Shown here: positions 1 through 9,248 of the stretch, piece by piece
How the letters are laid out: every line of letters begins with the position of its first letter
How positions within the stretch are numbered: the stretch's first letter is position 1
NCBI GenBank assembly: GCA_009377375.1
Contig: WHUE01000007.1
Span: forward strand, 2,816-66,815
Reading direction: 5' to 3'
DNA: 64,000 nucleotides
Source: Alphaproteobacteria bacterium
GTDB lineage: Bacteria; Pseudomonadota; Alphaproteobacteria; MPNO01; UBA2964
Notes under the pieces: model-generated
Seen by the model: the letters and a program-made list of their open reading frames with translations, nothing else
Told to the model about the DNA's origin: nothing
Database searches by the model: none
Made by a program: the position numbers and the translations under genes

Positions 1-143
1 GCGCAGAGCAGCAAGGCAGCGACGAAGGCGCCCGCGCACCACAAGCCCCGCATTCCCTCCCCGTTACCCGAGGCGCGCCGCGCCGGAGGCGACATCGACG
101 CGATCCGGATCGATGATCCGGGGCCGGGCAGGTCCGTGGCCAT
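1..143 (-). CDS. 5' fragment of a possible exported protein running off the window start
   Basis: ATG at 143 (minus) with GGAG upstream; frame is open to base 1 and ends in a signal-peptide-like stretch MRGLWCAGAFVAALLLC. Confidence 0.3.
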   Translation of the reverse strand, partial: MATDLPGPGSSIRIASMSPPARRASGNGEGMRGLWCAGAFVAALLLC

Positions 144-369
144 GACTTGTCTCCGACGGGGTCGATTGCTCGTATCGAGCGAAGGGCGGCAGAATGCGCG
201 CCGCCGCGCGCGCGCGCAACCGTCGCCGCCCTTCGCACGCATCCGCCGCTCTTGCCGATTTTAAACCGTGCTGCCTCCGTTACCGGAATTGTGACCGGAT
301 CGCATGCCTCGCGTTGCACGGAGCCGCTTCCTGACTAAGATCATGACGATCCGGATGTGGAGCCGATAA

Positions 370-1737
370 ATGGTCTCACCCTCCATCACCCATAAGGCAG
401 ACAGGCGAAAGGGCGGAACCCCGCCGGACCCCGTGTCCGTCCGCCGGGCCGTCATCCGCTACGGGCCCGCCAGATGGGTCGCGCTGACGGCATTGATTGT
501 CGTTTTGGTGGGCGCCGCCGTCGCCCTTCTCGACGCTTTCAACTCGGAACGGCGGATGCGCGAGCAAATCTTCCGCACCAACGAAGTCATGTTCGTGCTG
601 AACGAGGTGGTTCGGAGCGTCCTTGACGCCGAATCCGGCCGCCGCGGCTATCTGCTCACCGGCGACGAAAGCTATCTCGTTCCGTTCGAGACCAACCGGA
701 CGCGCATGCCGCTGCTGCTGGACCGCCTGGCGGCAGCGATGGCGAGCGCCGAGCAGATGGAACGGCAGCACCGGCTCGCCGTCCTGCATGAGAAGAAGCT
801 GGCGGCGCTGGAAAAGGCTGTGGCGCTCGCGAAGGCCAGCCGCGCCGAAGAAGCCCGCGAGAGTTTCGACACGGACGAGACCAAGCGGTACTTCGACGCG
901 CTTCGCGCCGTGATCGACGATCTGCGGCATGAGGAAGCCTCCGCCCTGAGGGCACGTGCCGCGCATGCCGCGGCGATCGAGCGCCGGACGATCTATATCC
1001 TCGCCGTGCTGGGCCTGATCGGCCTGGCGCTCGTCCTGGCGGTAATGTCGCTGGCATGGCGGGCCGCACATCTGGAGGCGGAGGCGGCGGACATGGAAGC
1101 CCTGCGCGAGGCCCGGGCCCGCTCCGATCTGCTGGCGAAAGAACTGAATCACCGGGTGAAGAACCTGTTTTCGGTCATTCTGTCGATCATCTCGATGTCG
1201 GCGCGCCACGAAACCGACGTGCGCAACCTGACCAGAAAGATACGCGACCGCGTCCATGCGCTCGCCAGCGCCCACGCGGTCAGCCAGGGCCAGGCGGACA
1301 GGTCGCTGGTCAGCCTCGCCGACCTGATCGAAGCGACGCTGGCGCCCTATGCGCGCGAAGGTCCGTATCTTCAGGTCAGCGGTCCGGACGTGAATTTGCA
1401 GGTCGCGGCGATTACGCCGCTCGGCCTCATTCTCCACGAACTCGCGACCAACGCCGCCAAGTACGGGGCGTGGTCCAGGGAACACGGCGTCGTCGAACTC
1501 GCCTGGCACGTCCACCGCGCCTCGATCGGCGGTTTAACTGATGAAGAAGAAACAGTAGATATAGTCTGGAAGGAAAGGGGAGGACCGCCCGTATCCGAAC
1601 CGTCCGACATGGGGTTTGGCACACGGATGGTAAAGAACGCCATTGGTCAGCTGAAAGGCCAGACGATTATGAAATGGGCCGAATCAGGACTTTCGGTTAG
1701 TATTAGAATTCCGCTGCCGAAGTGGAAAATCCAGTGA
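370..1737 (+). CDS. CHASE3-domain HWE-family sensor histidine kinase
   Basis: Two TM segments flank a CHASE3-like region (LDAESGRRGYLLTG); H-box ELNHRVKNLF; ELATNAAKYGA; W-x-E-x-GGP; GFG motif; GGAG RBS. Confidence 0.9.
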   Translation: MVSPSITHKADRRKGGTPPDPVSVRRAVIRYGPARWVALTALIVVLVGAAVALLDAFNSERRMREQIFRTNEVMFVLNEVVRSVLDAESGRRGYLLTGDESYLVPFETNRTRMPLLLDRLAAAMASAEQMERQHRLAVLHEKKLAALEKAVALAKASRAEEARESFDTDETKRYFDALRAVIDDLRHEEASALRARAAHAAAIERRTIYILAVLGLIGLALVLAVMSLAWRAAHLEAEAADMEALREARARSDLLAKELNHRVKNLFSVILSIISMSARHETDVRNLTRKIRDRVHALASAHAVSQGQADRSLVSLADLIEATLAPYAREGPYLQVSGPDVNLQVAAITPLGLILHELATNAAKYGAWSREHGVVELAWHVHRASIGGLTDEEETVDIVWKERGGPPVSEPSDMGFGTRMVKNAIGQLKGQTIMKWAESGLSVSIRIPLPKWKIQ

Positions 1738-1753
1738 GCAAGGCTGACGGCCA

Positions 1754-2185
1754 ATGCTTCTAAACACACACGATCCCTCTCATCGGCGCGTGCCGCCGCA
1801 GTCGGATATTGCCCAATGGCCGTATGCCAAGCTTGAAGGCGCGCGAATACTCGTGGTCGAGGACGAAGCGATGCTGGTGCTGGAGATCGAAAGCGCGCTG
1901 GAGGATGCCGGCGCCGAGGTTGTCGGGCCGTGCATGAACCTTCGTCAGGCGCTGCAGGAAGTTCAGGACCGCGAAATCGACGCCGCGATCCTCGACGTCA
2001 ATCTCCACGGCGAAGACGTTTTCCCGGTGGCGGAACGGTTGTTCACGCGGGGCATTCCGTTCCTGTTCCACACCGCCCATGGCGAACGCATGGAACTGCG
2101 CGCCCGGTTCGAGAATGCGCCGGTCTGCCGCAAGCCGATCCTCGTCGAGGATCTGCTCACCGAGCTCGCCGGTATCGTCCCCTGA
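1754..2185 (+). CDS. Single-domain response regulator receiver
   Basis: ILVVEDE, AILDVNL, PFLFHTAHG, CRKP. Confidence 0.88.
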   Translation: MLLNTHDPSHRRVPPQSDIAQWPYAKLEGARILVVEDEAMLVLEIESALEDAGAEVVGPCMNLRQALQEVQDREIDAAILDVNLHGEDVFPVAERLFTRGIPFLFHTAHGERMELRARFENAPVCRKPILVEDLLTELAGIVP

Positions 2186-2192
2186 TCCGGCG

Positions 2193-2561
2193 CTACGCCG
2201 GGACGTCGCTGTCCAGGCCCAGCAACGTCAGCAATTCACGTTCCGATACGGGTTTGCCGAGGACCACGCAGTCCTTCAGGTCTTCCGGCAGGCTTTCGCT
2301 TCCATTGCCGTAACCGGTGCAGAAGGCAACCCGCACGCCGCGGCACGCCAGGGCCTGAGCGATCGGCACCGAGGAGGCGCCGTTCAGGTTCATATCCAGC
2401 AGGGCGAAATCTGGCGGATTCCGCTCCATGACGTCGACAACGGCATCATAGGCGGACATCACCCCCACGACCTCGCAACCGAGGTCGCCGAACATATCTT
2501 CCATTGCCATACCAAGAAGTGCGTCATCCTCGATCAACAGCACCTTCATAGCCATCCCCAT
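2193..2561 (-). CDS. Single-domain response regulator receiver (FATGUY-like)
   Basis: VLLIEDD, ALLDMNL, AFCTGYG, LGKP. Confidence 0.88.
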   Translation of the reverse strand: MGMAMKVLLIEDDALLGMAMEDMFGDLGCEVVGVMSAYDAVVDVMERNPPDFALLDMNLNGASSVPIAQALACRGVRVAFCTGYGNGSESLPEDLKDCVVLGKPVSERELLTLLGLDSDVPA

Positions 2562-2811
2562 CCCTTGTTAACGCGACACACAGCCCAGACTGAACCACAC
2601 GAACCAGTTTTTATTACACTGCACCCAACGGGCGCGCATCGTATCGATCAGGGAAACTTATCCACACCGCCGGCAAAAGACCAGCGAGTCAATCTTTCCA
2701 CAACCGACATATGACAGCGTTCACTGTAATCAAACGTTACGACGGAAGCGTTACAGCAAGCAACGGGCGGCATACGGCCGACCCGTCCGGAGCGAGGATC
2801 GGAAGCACGGG

Positions 2812-3360
2812 CTACGCCGCGTTGCGGGCCTCGGGCAGCGCCGCTTCGCCGTCGACGACGCAGGCGGCGGCATGGATCACGGCAGCGACGCGCAGCGCTT
2901 CCTGCACCGCCTCACGTGAGACGCCGGCCCTGGTCAGCTCCTGCGCATGGGCGTCCAGGCACATGCCGCACCCGTTGATCGCGGATACGGCGAGGGAGAA
3001 CAGCTCGAAATCGGCCTTCTCGATCCCGGGACTGGCGATCGCATTCATGCGAAGCCGGGCAGGCATGGCGCCGTACTCCTTGTCGGACAGCAGGTGGACG
3101 GAACGGTAGTAGACGTTGTTCATCGCCATCACCGCGGCGGCGGCGCGGGCTGCGTTCCCGGCCTCGGGCGAAAGGTGGACGGCGGCGTCCGCCGCCACCG
3201 ACGCGATGACGGTGTCGTTGCGGGCGGCGATGGCGCTGGCCAGCATCGTGCCCCAGAGCTGCTGAGCGGTCAGCACGGTGCTCGAAGCGATATTGGACAG
3301 GTTCAGCTTTATGTCCTTGGCGTAGGACGGCATGCGCTCCTTGAGCGTTTCGATCGACAT
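2812..3360 (-). CDS. ahpD: Alkyl hydroperoxide reductase AhpD
   Basis: YAKDIKLNL N-terminus, MAMNNVYYR, SAINGCGMCLDAH (CxxC-x3-H); directly downstream of ahpC; start re-picked at 3360. Confidence 0.92.
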   Translation of the reverse strand: MSIETLKERMPSYAKDIKLNLSNIASSTVLTAQQLWGTMLASAIAARNDTVIASVAADAAVHLSPEAGNAARAAAAVMAMNNVYYRSVHLLSDKEYGAMPARLRMNAIASPGIEKADFELFSLAVSAINGCGMCLDAHAQELTRAGVSREAVQEALRVAAVIHAAACVVDGEAALPEARNAA

Positions 3361-3454
3361 GGCTGTTTCCTCTGCTGGTGGGAACATTTAGCCGGCGGGC
3401 GCTGCGCATCGGGAGGGAGGGAGAACCCGCGCAACGCCCGCCGGCAAGCCGCCC

Positions 3455-4003
3455 TCAGGCGACCTTGAGAACGTCCTCGCCCTTCTGCCAGTTGCAGGGG
3501 CAGAGCTCGTCGGTCTGCAGCGCGTCGAGCACCCGCAGGACCTCATGCGGATTGCGGCCGACGCTGAGGTCGTTGACCGAGACGTGACGCACGATGCCCT
3601 CCGGGTCGACGACGAAGGTTGCGCGCAGGGCCACACCCTCTTCCGCCGCCAGGATGCCGAGCGCCTGCGAGAGCTCGCGCTTCGTGTCGGCGAGCATCGG
3701 GAACGGCAGGTCTTTCAGGTCGGCGTGATCGCGCTTCCAGGCAAGGTGCACGAACTCGCTGTCCGTCGACATGCCGAGAAGCTGGGCGTCCCGGTCGGCA
3801 AACTCACCTTCAAGCCTGCCGAAGGCGGCAATCTCCGTCGGACAGACGAAGGTGAAATCCATCGGCCAGGCGAAAAGCACCAGCCATTTGCCGGGATAGC
3901 TCCTGTCCGTCACCTCGGCAAAGGCCTCGGACGGGCTTTTCGGCACGCCCGGCGTCACCGCCTTGACGGAAAATTCGGGAAGTTTCTGGCCCACGGTAAG
4001 CAT
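3455..4003 (-). CDS. ahpC: Peroxiredoxin AhpC (AhpD-dependent type)
   Basis: WPMDFTFVCPTEI peroxidatic motif, GRNPHEVLR, C-terminal LCPCNW. Confidence 0.95.
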   Translation of the reverse strand: MLTVGQKLPEFSVKAVTPGVPKSPSEAFAEVTDRSYPGKWLVLFAWPMDFTFVCPTEIAAFGRLEGEFADRDAQLLGMSTDSEFVHLAWKRDHADLKDLPFPMLADTKRELSQALGILAAEEGVALRATFVVDPEGIVRHVSVNDLSVGRNPHEVLRVLDALQTDELCPCNWQKGEDVLKVA

Positions 4004-4036
4004 TTATCTCAACTCCTGTTCGGTCGCGTCGCTAAA

Positions 4037-4114
4037 ACTGGAACGCTTCTAATTCGCGTTCGCACCCTATATGGCGGCGCCCGTCGCCGATGTCAAGAAT
4101 TAGAATTATTAAAA
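4037..4114. promoter_or_regulatory. Two AT-rich Fur-family (Irr/PerR-like) operator candidates upstream of ahpC
   Basis: ACTGGAACGCTTCTAAT (4037-4053) resembles the Irr ICE box TTTRGAA-N3-TTCYAAA; TTAGAATTATTAAAA (4100-4114) resembles the PerR box TTATAATnATTATAA. Confidence 0.4.
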
Positions 4115-4236
4115 AATATTGCCCGTGCGGCGCGGAAGACTGCGCTCCCGGACACTCCTGCATCCGAAACGCGAGGGGGCCGCCCCGAAGGGCGGCCCCG
4201 GCTTCAGGACAAAGCTGCGGACGTGTCGGACGCGTC

Positions 4237-6201
4237 TCAGCCGGCGGCGACGTTTTCTCCCTGAACCCTGATCGCCTCGTCCACCGCGGCCATTGTCGCC
4301 GCGGCCTGGTGGCGCTCGGCGGCCGAATCGAGCAGGCGCAGGAGGAAATCCGCATAGCTCCACCCGGCCAGCTCGGCCATCAGGTTCATCTTGCCGTCCC
4401 AGCACCAGCCCGGGTTGGGATTGACCTCGAGCAGCTTGACGACGCCGTTCGCGTCCGCCCGGAAATCGAACCGGGCGTAATCGCGGCATCCCAGCCGCTC
4501 GAACAGCCGCGAGGAATGGTCCACCAGCCGACGCTGGTCAAGCTCGGGCAGGTTCGCCTTGCGGTAACGGATATTGGTCCAGTAGGGCGAATCGGGTTCC
4601 CACTTCGATTCGTAGCCGAGAATGCGCGGCAGATCGTCCGGCAGGCCGGAGAAATCGACCTCCAGCAACGGCAGAGGCTCCAGCCCGCCCGCCGGATTCC
4701 CCATCAGCCCCACCGTGTATTCGGCGCCCGTCAGGTACTCCTGGACCAGGACGGGCCGGTCGCCCCACTGCGTCCGCAGGCGCTCCAGGTACTCGATCAG
4801 CCCGATCTTGTCGTTCACCACCGCGTCCTTGGTGATGCCGATCGAGCTGTCGCCGAAATTGGGCTTCAGGATGGCGGGGAAGGTCGCGGGCAGGGTCGCC
4901 GACCTGTCGCCGCTGGCTACATAGGTCTCCATCGGCACCGGGACATCCAGCCCGAGCGCGACCGCACGCACCAGCGCCTTGTCGTAGCAGATGCCGAGGC
5001 AGGCGGGCCCGGCCCCGGTGTAAGGCAGGTTCAGCGCCTCCAGCAACGCCGGGACGTGCAGCTCCTGGAAGGCATCGTTGTTGAACCCCTCGTCGCACAG
5101 GTTCAGCACGAGGTCGGTCTTCTCCGCCTGGAGGTCGCGCACCAACGTCGCGTGGTTGTCGTGAAAGCGAAAGCGGTACTGCGGCAGTTCCGCCAGTGCT
5201 TCCTTCAGCCTGCGGACGGTGTCGAAATCCTCGTCGTTGAACTCCCCGCCCCGCTTCACCGCGTCGGGCAGGCGCGGGTCGCCGAGCAAAACGGCAACAT
5301 CCATCGGGCCGCGGCGCGCGGGCCGCGCAAGCCGCGCGGTCTTTTCCGGCGCGCGGGCCGTCAGCAGCATGCGCCGGGCCATCATACCCAGATCCTGGCC
5401 GCGGTCCGACTGCGCCTCGAGACTGCCATGCAGCCGCACCTCGCGAAAATCCGCGCCGCGCAGAAGCCGGGTGATGGAATCCCGCGAGTACAGACGTTCG
5501 GCGTAGAACTGGTCGGCGATCACGCCGCGCTCGTCATGCACGATCACCTCGCGCGAGATCAGGCGGTCGCCGTCGGCAGACAACGTGCGTTCGCGGCAGA
5601 CGAACTGATGCTCGTCGATCCACTCCCACGAACGCGGATCGAAGTGTTCGCGCATCCACTGGCCGTCGGTCAGGTCGAGCACGATCTGGCCGTGCGACTT
5701 CAGCACCCGGGCGATGGCGGCCAGCACCTGCGCGTCGTCCTTCTCGCTGGCGAAGTAGCCGAACGAATTGCCGAGGACCATCACATAGTCCTGGCTCGCC
5801 TCCGGCAGCCGCACGCTGCGCGCGTCGCCTTCCTTGAAGGCGACATTGACCCCTCCCGCCCGCGCCCGCCTGCGGGCGAGCCGGATCAGGTAGCGCGACC
5901 GGTCCACGCCGGTCAGGTGCCGAAAGCCGCGCCGGGCCAGGTCCAGGACGTGCCGGCCCTGACCGCAGCACAGATCCAGGATGTGGGCATCCGGCTCCAT
6001 GCCGGTCGCCTGGATCACCTGGTCGATCTCGTGCGCGGTATTGCGGTCGTCCTCGACCACGTCGCTGTCGGTTTTGAGGTAGAGGGAATCGAAAATCTCG
6101 CGCCACCACTCGGCGGGGAGATGTGACTCGAGGTCGGAGATAGGTCCCAGGCTCTGGCGTGCGGCGCCGGCGCGCGCGCGCCGGGCGTGCGGGGATTTCA
6201 T
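4237..6201 (-). CDS. Fusion of a class I SAM-dependent methyltransferase and a D-Ala-D-Ala-ligase-like ATP-grasp domain
   Basis: N-half ILDLCCGQGRH and LGNSFGYF; C-half NLCDEG, KPNFGDSSIGI, VQEYLTG, YESKW, DYARFDFR, LEVNPNPG. Confidence 0.85.
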   Translation of the reverse strand: MKSPHARRARAGAARQSLGPISDLESHLPAEWWREIFDSLYLKTDSDVVEDDRNTAHEIDQVIQATGMEPDAHILDLCCGQGRHVLDLARRGFRHLTGVDRSRYLIRLARRRARAGGVNVAFKEGDARSVRLPEASQDYVMVLGNSFGYFASEKDDAQVLAAIARVLKSHGQIVLDLTDGQWMREHFDPRSWEWIDEHQFVCRERTLSADGDRLISREVIVHDERGVIADQFYAERLYSRDSITRLLRGADFREVRLHGSLEAQSDRGQDLGMMARRMLLTARAPEKTARLARPARRGPMDVAVLLGDPRLPDAVKRGGEFNDEDFDTVRRLKEALAELPQYRFRFHDNHATLVRDLQAEKTDLVLNLCDEGFNNDAFQELHVPALLEALNLPYTGAGPACLGICYDKALVRAVALGLDVPVPMETYVASGDRSATLPATFPAILKPNFGDSSIGITKDAVVNDKIGLIEYLERLRTQWGDRPVLVQEYLTGAEYTVGLMGNPAGGLEPLPLLEVDFSGLPDDLPRILGYESKWEPDSPYWTNIRYRKANLPELDQRRLVDHSSRLFERLGCRDYARFDFRADANGVVKLLEVNPNPGWCWDGKMNLMAELAGWSYADFLLRLLDSAAERHQAAATMAAVDEAIRVQGENVAAG

Positions 6202-6450
6202 GATCGCTTCACCCTTCCGGATGCGTCGCGCCCGGCGTCCCTGCGCCTGGCGCTTCTCTGCAAAAGCGCCAGCAGCGGAGCAGGGCTGCCGCCGGCGCGG
6301 TTCGTTCAGGGTGGAAGCCTACGGGCGTGCGGACGCCCCGCCTCCCTCGACCGGCATTCCTCCCCGTCCCGGAACGGTCGGCCGATCAACTGGCGAAGAT
6401 TGGTGGGCCGCCGCAAATATCAAGTGGCAACCGCACCAGAAATTCACGGG

Positions 6451-8778
6451 CTACTTTATCACATCCCTGAGCTTGGCCGCGAGATCGTCGGGCGTGAAGG
6501 GCTTGCTCAGGAATCTGTCCTTCCTCTCCCCCGCGGCACTGTCCATCACGCCGCCGCCAAAATAGCCCGAGGTATAGAGAACCTTCAGATCCGGAGCCCG
6601 CTCAACCGCCCGAGCGGCAAGCTCGCGGCCGTCCATGCCGCCATAGAGCACGAAGTCGGTGAACAGCAGATCCGGCCGATAACCGCCATCGAGCGCGTCC
6701 AGCGCCGCCGAGCCGCCGGCCACGTCGAGGACGGTGCAGCCGAGATCCAGCAGCATCGTCCGCACCACGGTGCGGACATCCGGATCGTCCTCGACCAGCA
6801 GCACACGTGTGCCGGCCAACCTGTCGGACAGACCGGCGGCCGCCCGGACCGTCTCATCCGACGCTTCGTCCTGCACCTTGCAGGATGGAAAATAAAGCGA
6901 GATCGTGGTGCCCCTGCCCTCGCCGCTGTCGATAACGACGGCGCCGCCCGACTGCTGGACGAAGCCGTAGACCATGCTCAGCCCCAGCCCGCTGCCCTTG
7001 CCCGTGTCCTTGGTCGTATAGAAGGGCTCGCAGCACTGACGCAGCGTCTCCGGCGACATGCCGGTGCCCGAATCCACCACGCGAAACACCGCGTAATCGC
7101 CGGCCGGCACATCGTCGGGCACGGCGCGCAGCGTCTTCGCGACCATCTCGCGTTCGACCTCCAGCACCATCGAGCCGCCCTCCGGCATGGCGTCGCGGGC
7201 ATTGAGCGCCAGGTTGAGCGCCGCGTTCTGGAATTGCGCGGGGTCGAGCCTCAGCATCAGCGGCGCGCCCGGCACGGACACGCCCACCGAATAGGTTTCG
7301 CCGATGGTGCGGTCGATCATCTGGTGAACATCGCGGGCCATCGCGCCGAGGTCGACCACACTCGCGTTCAGCGGCTGTTTGCGCGCGAAGGCCAGCAGAT
7401 GGTGGGTCAGCCCCGCGCCGCGCTCCGCCGCCCGGACGGCCACCGCAGCGAACCGGTCCAGATCGGGCCTCGTTTTCAGCCCATCCCGCAACAGGTTGAT
7501 ATTGCCCATGATGACGGTGAGAAGATTGTTGAAGTCGTGCGCCACCCCGCCGGTAAGTTGGCCGATCGCCTCCATCTTCTGGGCCTGACGAAGCTGCTCG
7601 CGTGCGCCGCGTTCCGCGGTGACGTCCGCGATGACCTCGACCACACCGCCCTCCGGGGTCGGATGCATGGAAAACCGAAGCCAGTTGCCGCCCGCCAGGC
7701 GGCGTTCGATGGGCACCTCGCTCGGCGTGCGGTAGCGTGCAAGCTGCTCCCTTAGCCAGGCCTCCGGATTCTCGTCGACCTCCTCGCTGCCGAAGAATTT
7801 CGCCTTGAGACCGTCCTTCAGCAAGGCCTCGATGCTGAGCCCGAGCACGTCGTCACGTCCCGCGAGGAAGTCGAAGACGTCCAGCATGCGGCGGTTGTGA
7901 AGCACGATGCGGCCGTCGCTGTCGTACAGGATAAACGCATCGTTCAGGCTTTCGACCGCCGTCCGCAGCCGGTCTTCCGCCATGCGGAAGCGCGACTCGG
8001 CGGCGTGAAGCTCGGTGACGTCGCGGGCGATGCCGCGGTGTCCCGCGAACCCCTTGCGGCCGGAAAACGGCCTGCCGGACAGGGCGACGATCCAGTCGGG
8101 GGCGCCCTTGCCCGCGCGATAGACGCACATGAAATCGCGCACCGGGCTGCGCTGCCGGAGGATGCGACGGAACCCCGCCCAGCCTTCGGGCGCCGCCAGA
8201 CCCTCGATCTCCCACGGCGTCTTGCCGAGACAGTCCTCGGGGGCGAGCCCATGCCCCTCGAAGGCGGTCCCGCCGAGATAGGAGAACCGGAACTCCGCAT
8301 CCAGCTCCCAGAACCAGACCGACGCCGATTCGGAAATCTCGGTCAGCCGGCGCGTCGTCTCCTCGTTCGTCTGCTGGGCGACGTGACGGTCCTGTTCGGC
8401 CCGCGCCCGGGCGACGATGTGGGTGACGAGCTGCTCGAGCTGCGAGAAGGTTTCCGGGGACTTGGTGATATAGTCGGCGAAGCCGCGCTTGAGCGCCGTG
8501 ACGGCGACGCTCTCGTTGCCGACTCCGGTCATCAGCACCACCGGCCCGGCATACGCACCCTTGCGCAGCTGGTCGAACACCTCCACGCCCGACTCTTCGC
8601 CCAGACCGTAATCGGTAATCACGATGTCGGGGCCGTCGGGATCGCCGCAGATGCTGGCGACCGCCTCACGGCCCGCCGCGTACTCCCTGATGTCCACGGT
8701 TCCGTTATGGCGGAACGCGCGTTTCAGCAGCGCACGGTCGGCGGCATCGTCTTCGATTACAGCGATCTTCATGGACAC
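6451..8778 (-). CDS. Hybrid sensor kinase, REC-PAS-PAS-HisKA-HATPase-REC
   Basis: N-terminal VIEDD...ITDY; QAQKMEAIGQLTGGVAHDFNNLL; PFYTTKDTGKGSGLGL; C-terminal LLVEDD...LSKPF. Confidence 0.92.
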   Translation of the reverse strand: MSMKIAVIEDDAADRALLKRAFRHNGTVDIREYAAGREAVASICGDPDGPDIVITDYGLGEESGVEVFDQLRKGAYAGPVVLMTGVGNESVAVTALKRGFADYITKSPETFSQLEQLVTHIVARARAEQDRHVAQQTNEETTRRLTEISESASVWFWELDAEFRFSYLGGTAFEGHGLAPEDCLGKTPWEIEGLAAPEGWAGFRRILRQRSPVRDFMCVYRAGKGAPDWIVALSGRPFSGRKGFAGHRGIARDVTELHAAESRFRMAEDRLRTAVESLNDAFILYDSDGRIVLHNRRMLDVFDFLAGRDDVLGLSIEALLKDGLKAKFFGSEEVDENPEAWLREQLARYRTPSEVPIERRLAGGNWLRFSMHPTPEGGVVEVIADVTAERGAREQLRQAQKMEAIGQLTGGVAHDFNNLLTVIMGNINLLRDGLKTRPDLDRFAAVAVRAAERGAGLTHHLLAFARKQPLNASVVDLGAMARDVHQMIDRTIGETYSVGVSVPGAPLMLRLDPAQFQNAALNLALNARDAMPEGGSMVLEVEREMVAKTLRAVPDDVPAGDYAVFRVVDSGTGMSPETLRQCCEPFYTTKDTGKGSGLGLSMVYGFVQQSGGAVVIDSGEGRGTTISLYFPSCKVQDEASDETVRAAAGLSDRLAGTRVLLVEDDPDVRTVVRTMLLDLGCTVLDVAGGSAALDALDGGYRPDLLFTDFVLYGGMDGRELAARAVERAPDLKVLYTSGYFGGGVMDSAAGERKDRFLSKPFTPDDLAAKLRDVIK

Positions 8779-8799
8779 GGCGAGTTGGTCCCCGCGTAT

Positions 8800-9237
8800 T
8801 CAGGCCACCAGGTTTATTTGCAGCCAGTACGAGATCAATTCCGTTATTTTTTTGTTAAACTGGGCGGCATCGACGGGTTTCACCACATAGCTGTTCGCAC
8901 CTCTAGAATAGGCGGTGCGGATATCGCCCGGATCCGACGACGATGTCAGGATAACCACCGGTAAACTACGCAGAAATTCGTTCTCGTCGATGGTTTTCAA
9001 TGCGTCGAGCCCGCTGACCTTGGGAAGCTTGAGGTCGAGCACGACGAGCCGGGGCGGCTTGCGGCCGCCGCTTCCCAAGTTTTCGGAGTCCAGCCCGAGC
9101 CGGTTCAGCAGCGCCTGGCCGTCGCTCAGGAACTCCGCCTCGTCGGCCATACCGTTGCGCCGCAGCACACGGCCGATCAGGGCCGCGTCCGTGGGATTGT
9201 CCTCGACAACGATAAGGCTGGCATCGACCTGGGGCAT
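8800..9237 (-). CDS. Single-domain response regulator (Rcp1-like)
   Basis: VVEDNPTD, VLDLKLPKVSGLDAL, PVVILTSS, GANSYVVKPV. Confidence 0.92.
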   Translation of the reverse strand: MPQVDASLIVVEDNPTDAALIGRVLRRNGMADEAEFLSDGQALLNRLGLDSENLGSGGRKPPRLVVLDLKLPKVSGLDALKTIDENEFLRSLPVVILTSSSDPGDIRTAYSRGANSYVVKPVDAAQFNKKITELISYWLQINLVA

Positions 9238-9248
9238 GGCGAACTCCG

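Noticed and set aside
2658-2702. Perfect DnaA box TTATCCACA (2658-2666) plus a near match (2694-2702) in a low-GC intergenic gap, suggesting oriC
   Set aside because: Only two boxes, no origin-associated genes and no clear unwinding element; a chance or single regulatory site is enough to explain it.
4237-5300. Housekeeping ddl
   Set aside because: Fused to a methyltransferase, outside any dcw/mur cluster, with a divergent N-terminal domain and omega loop.
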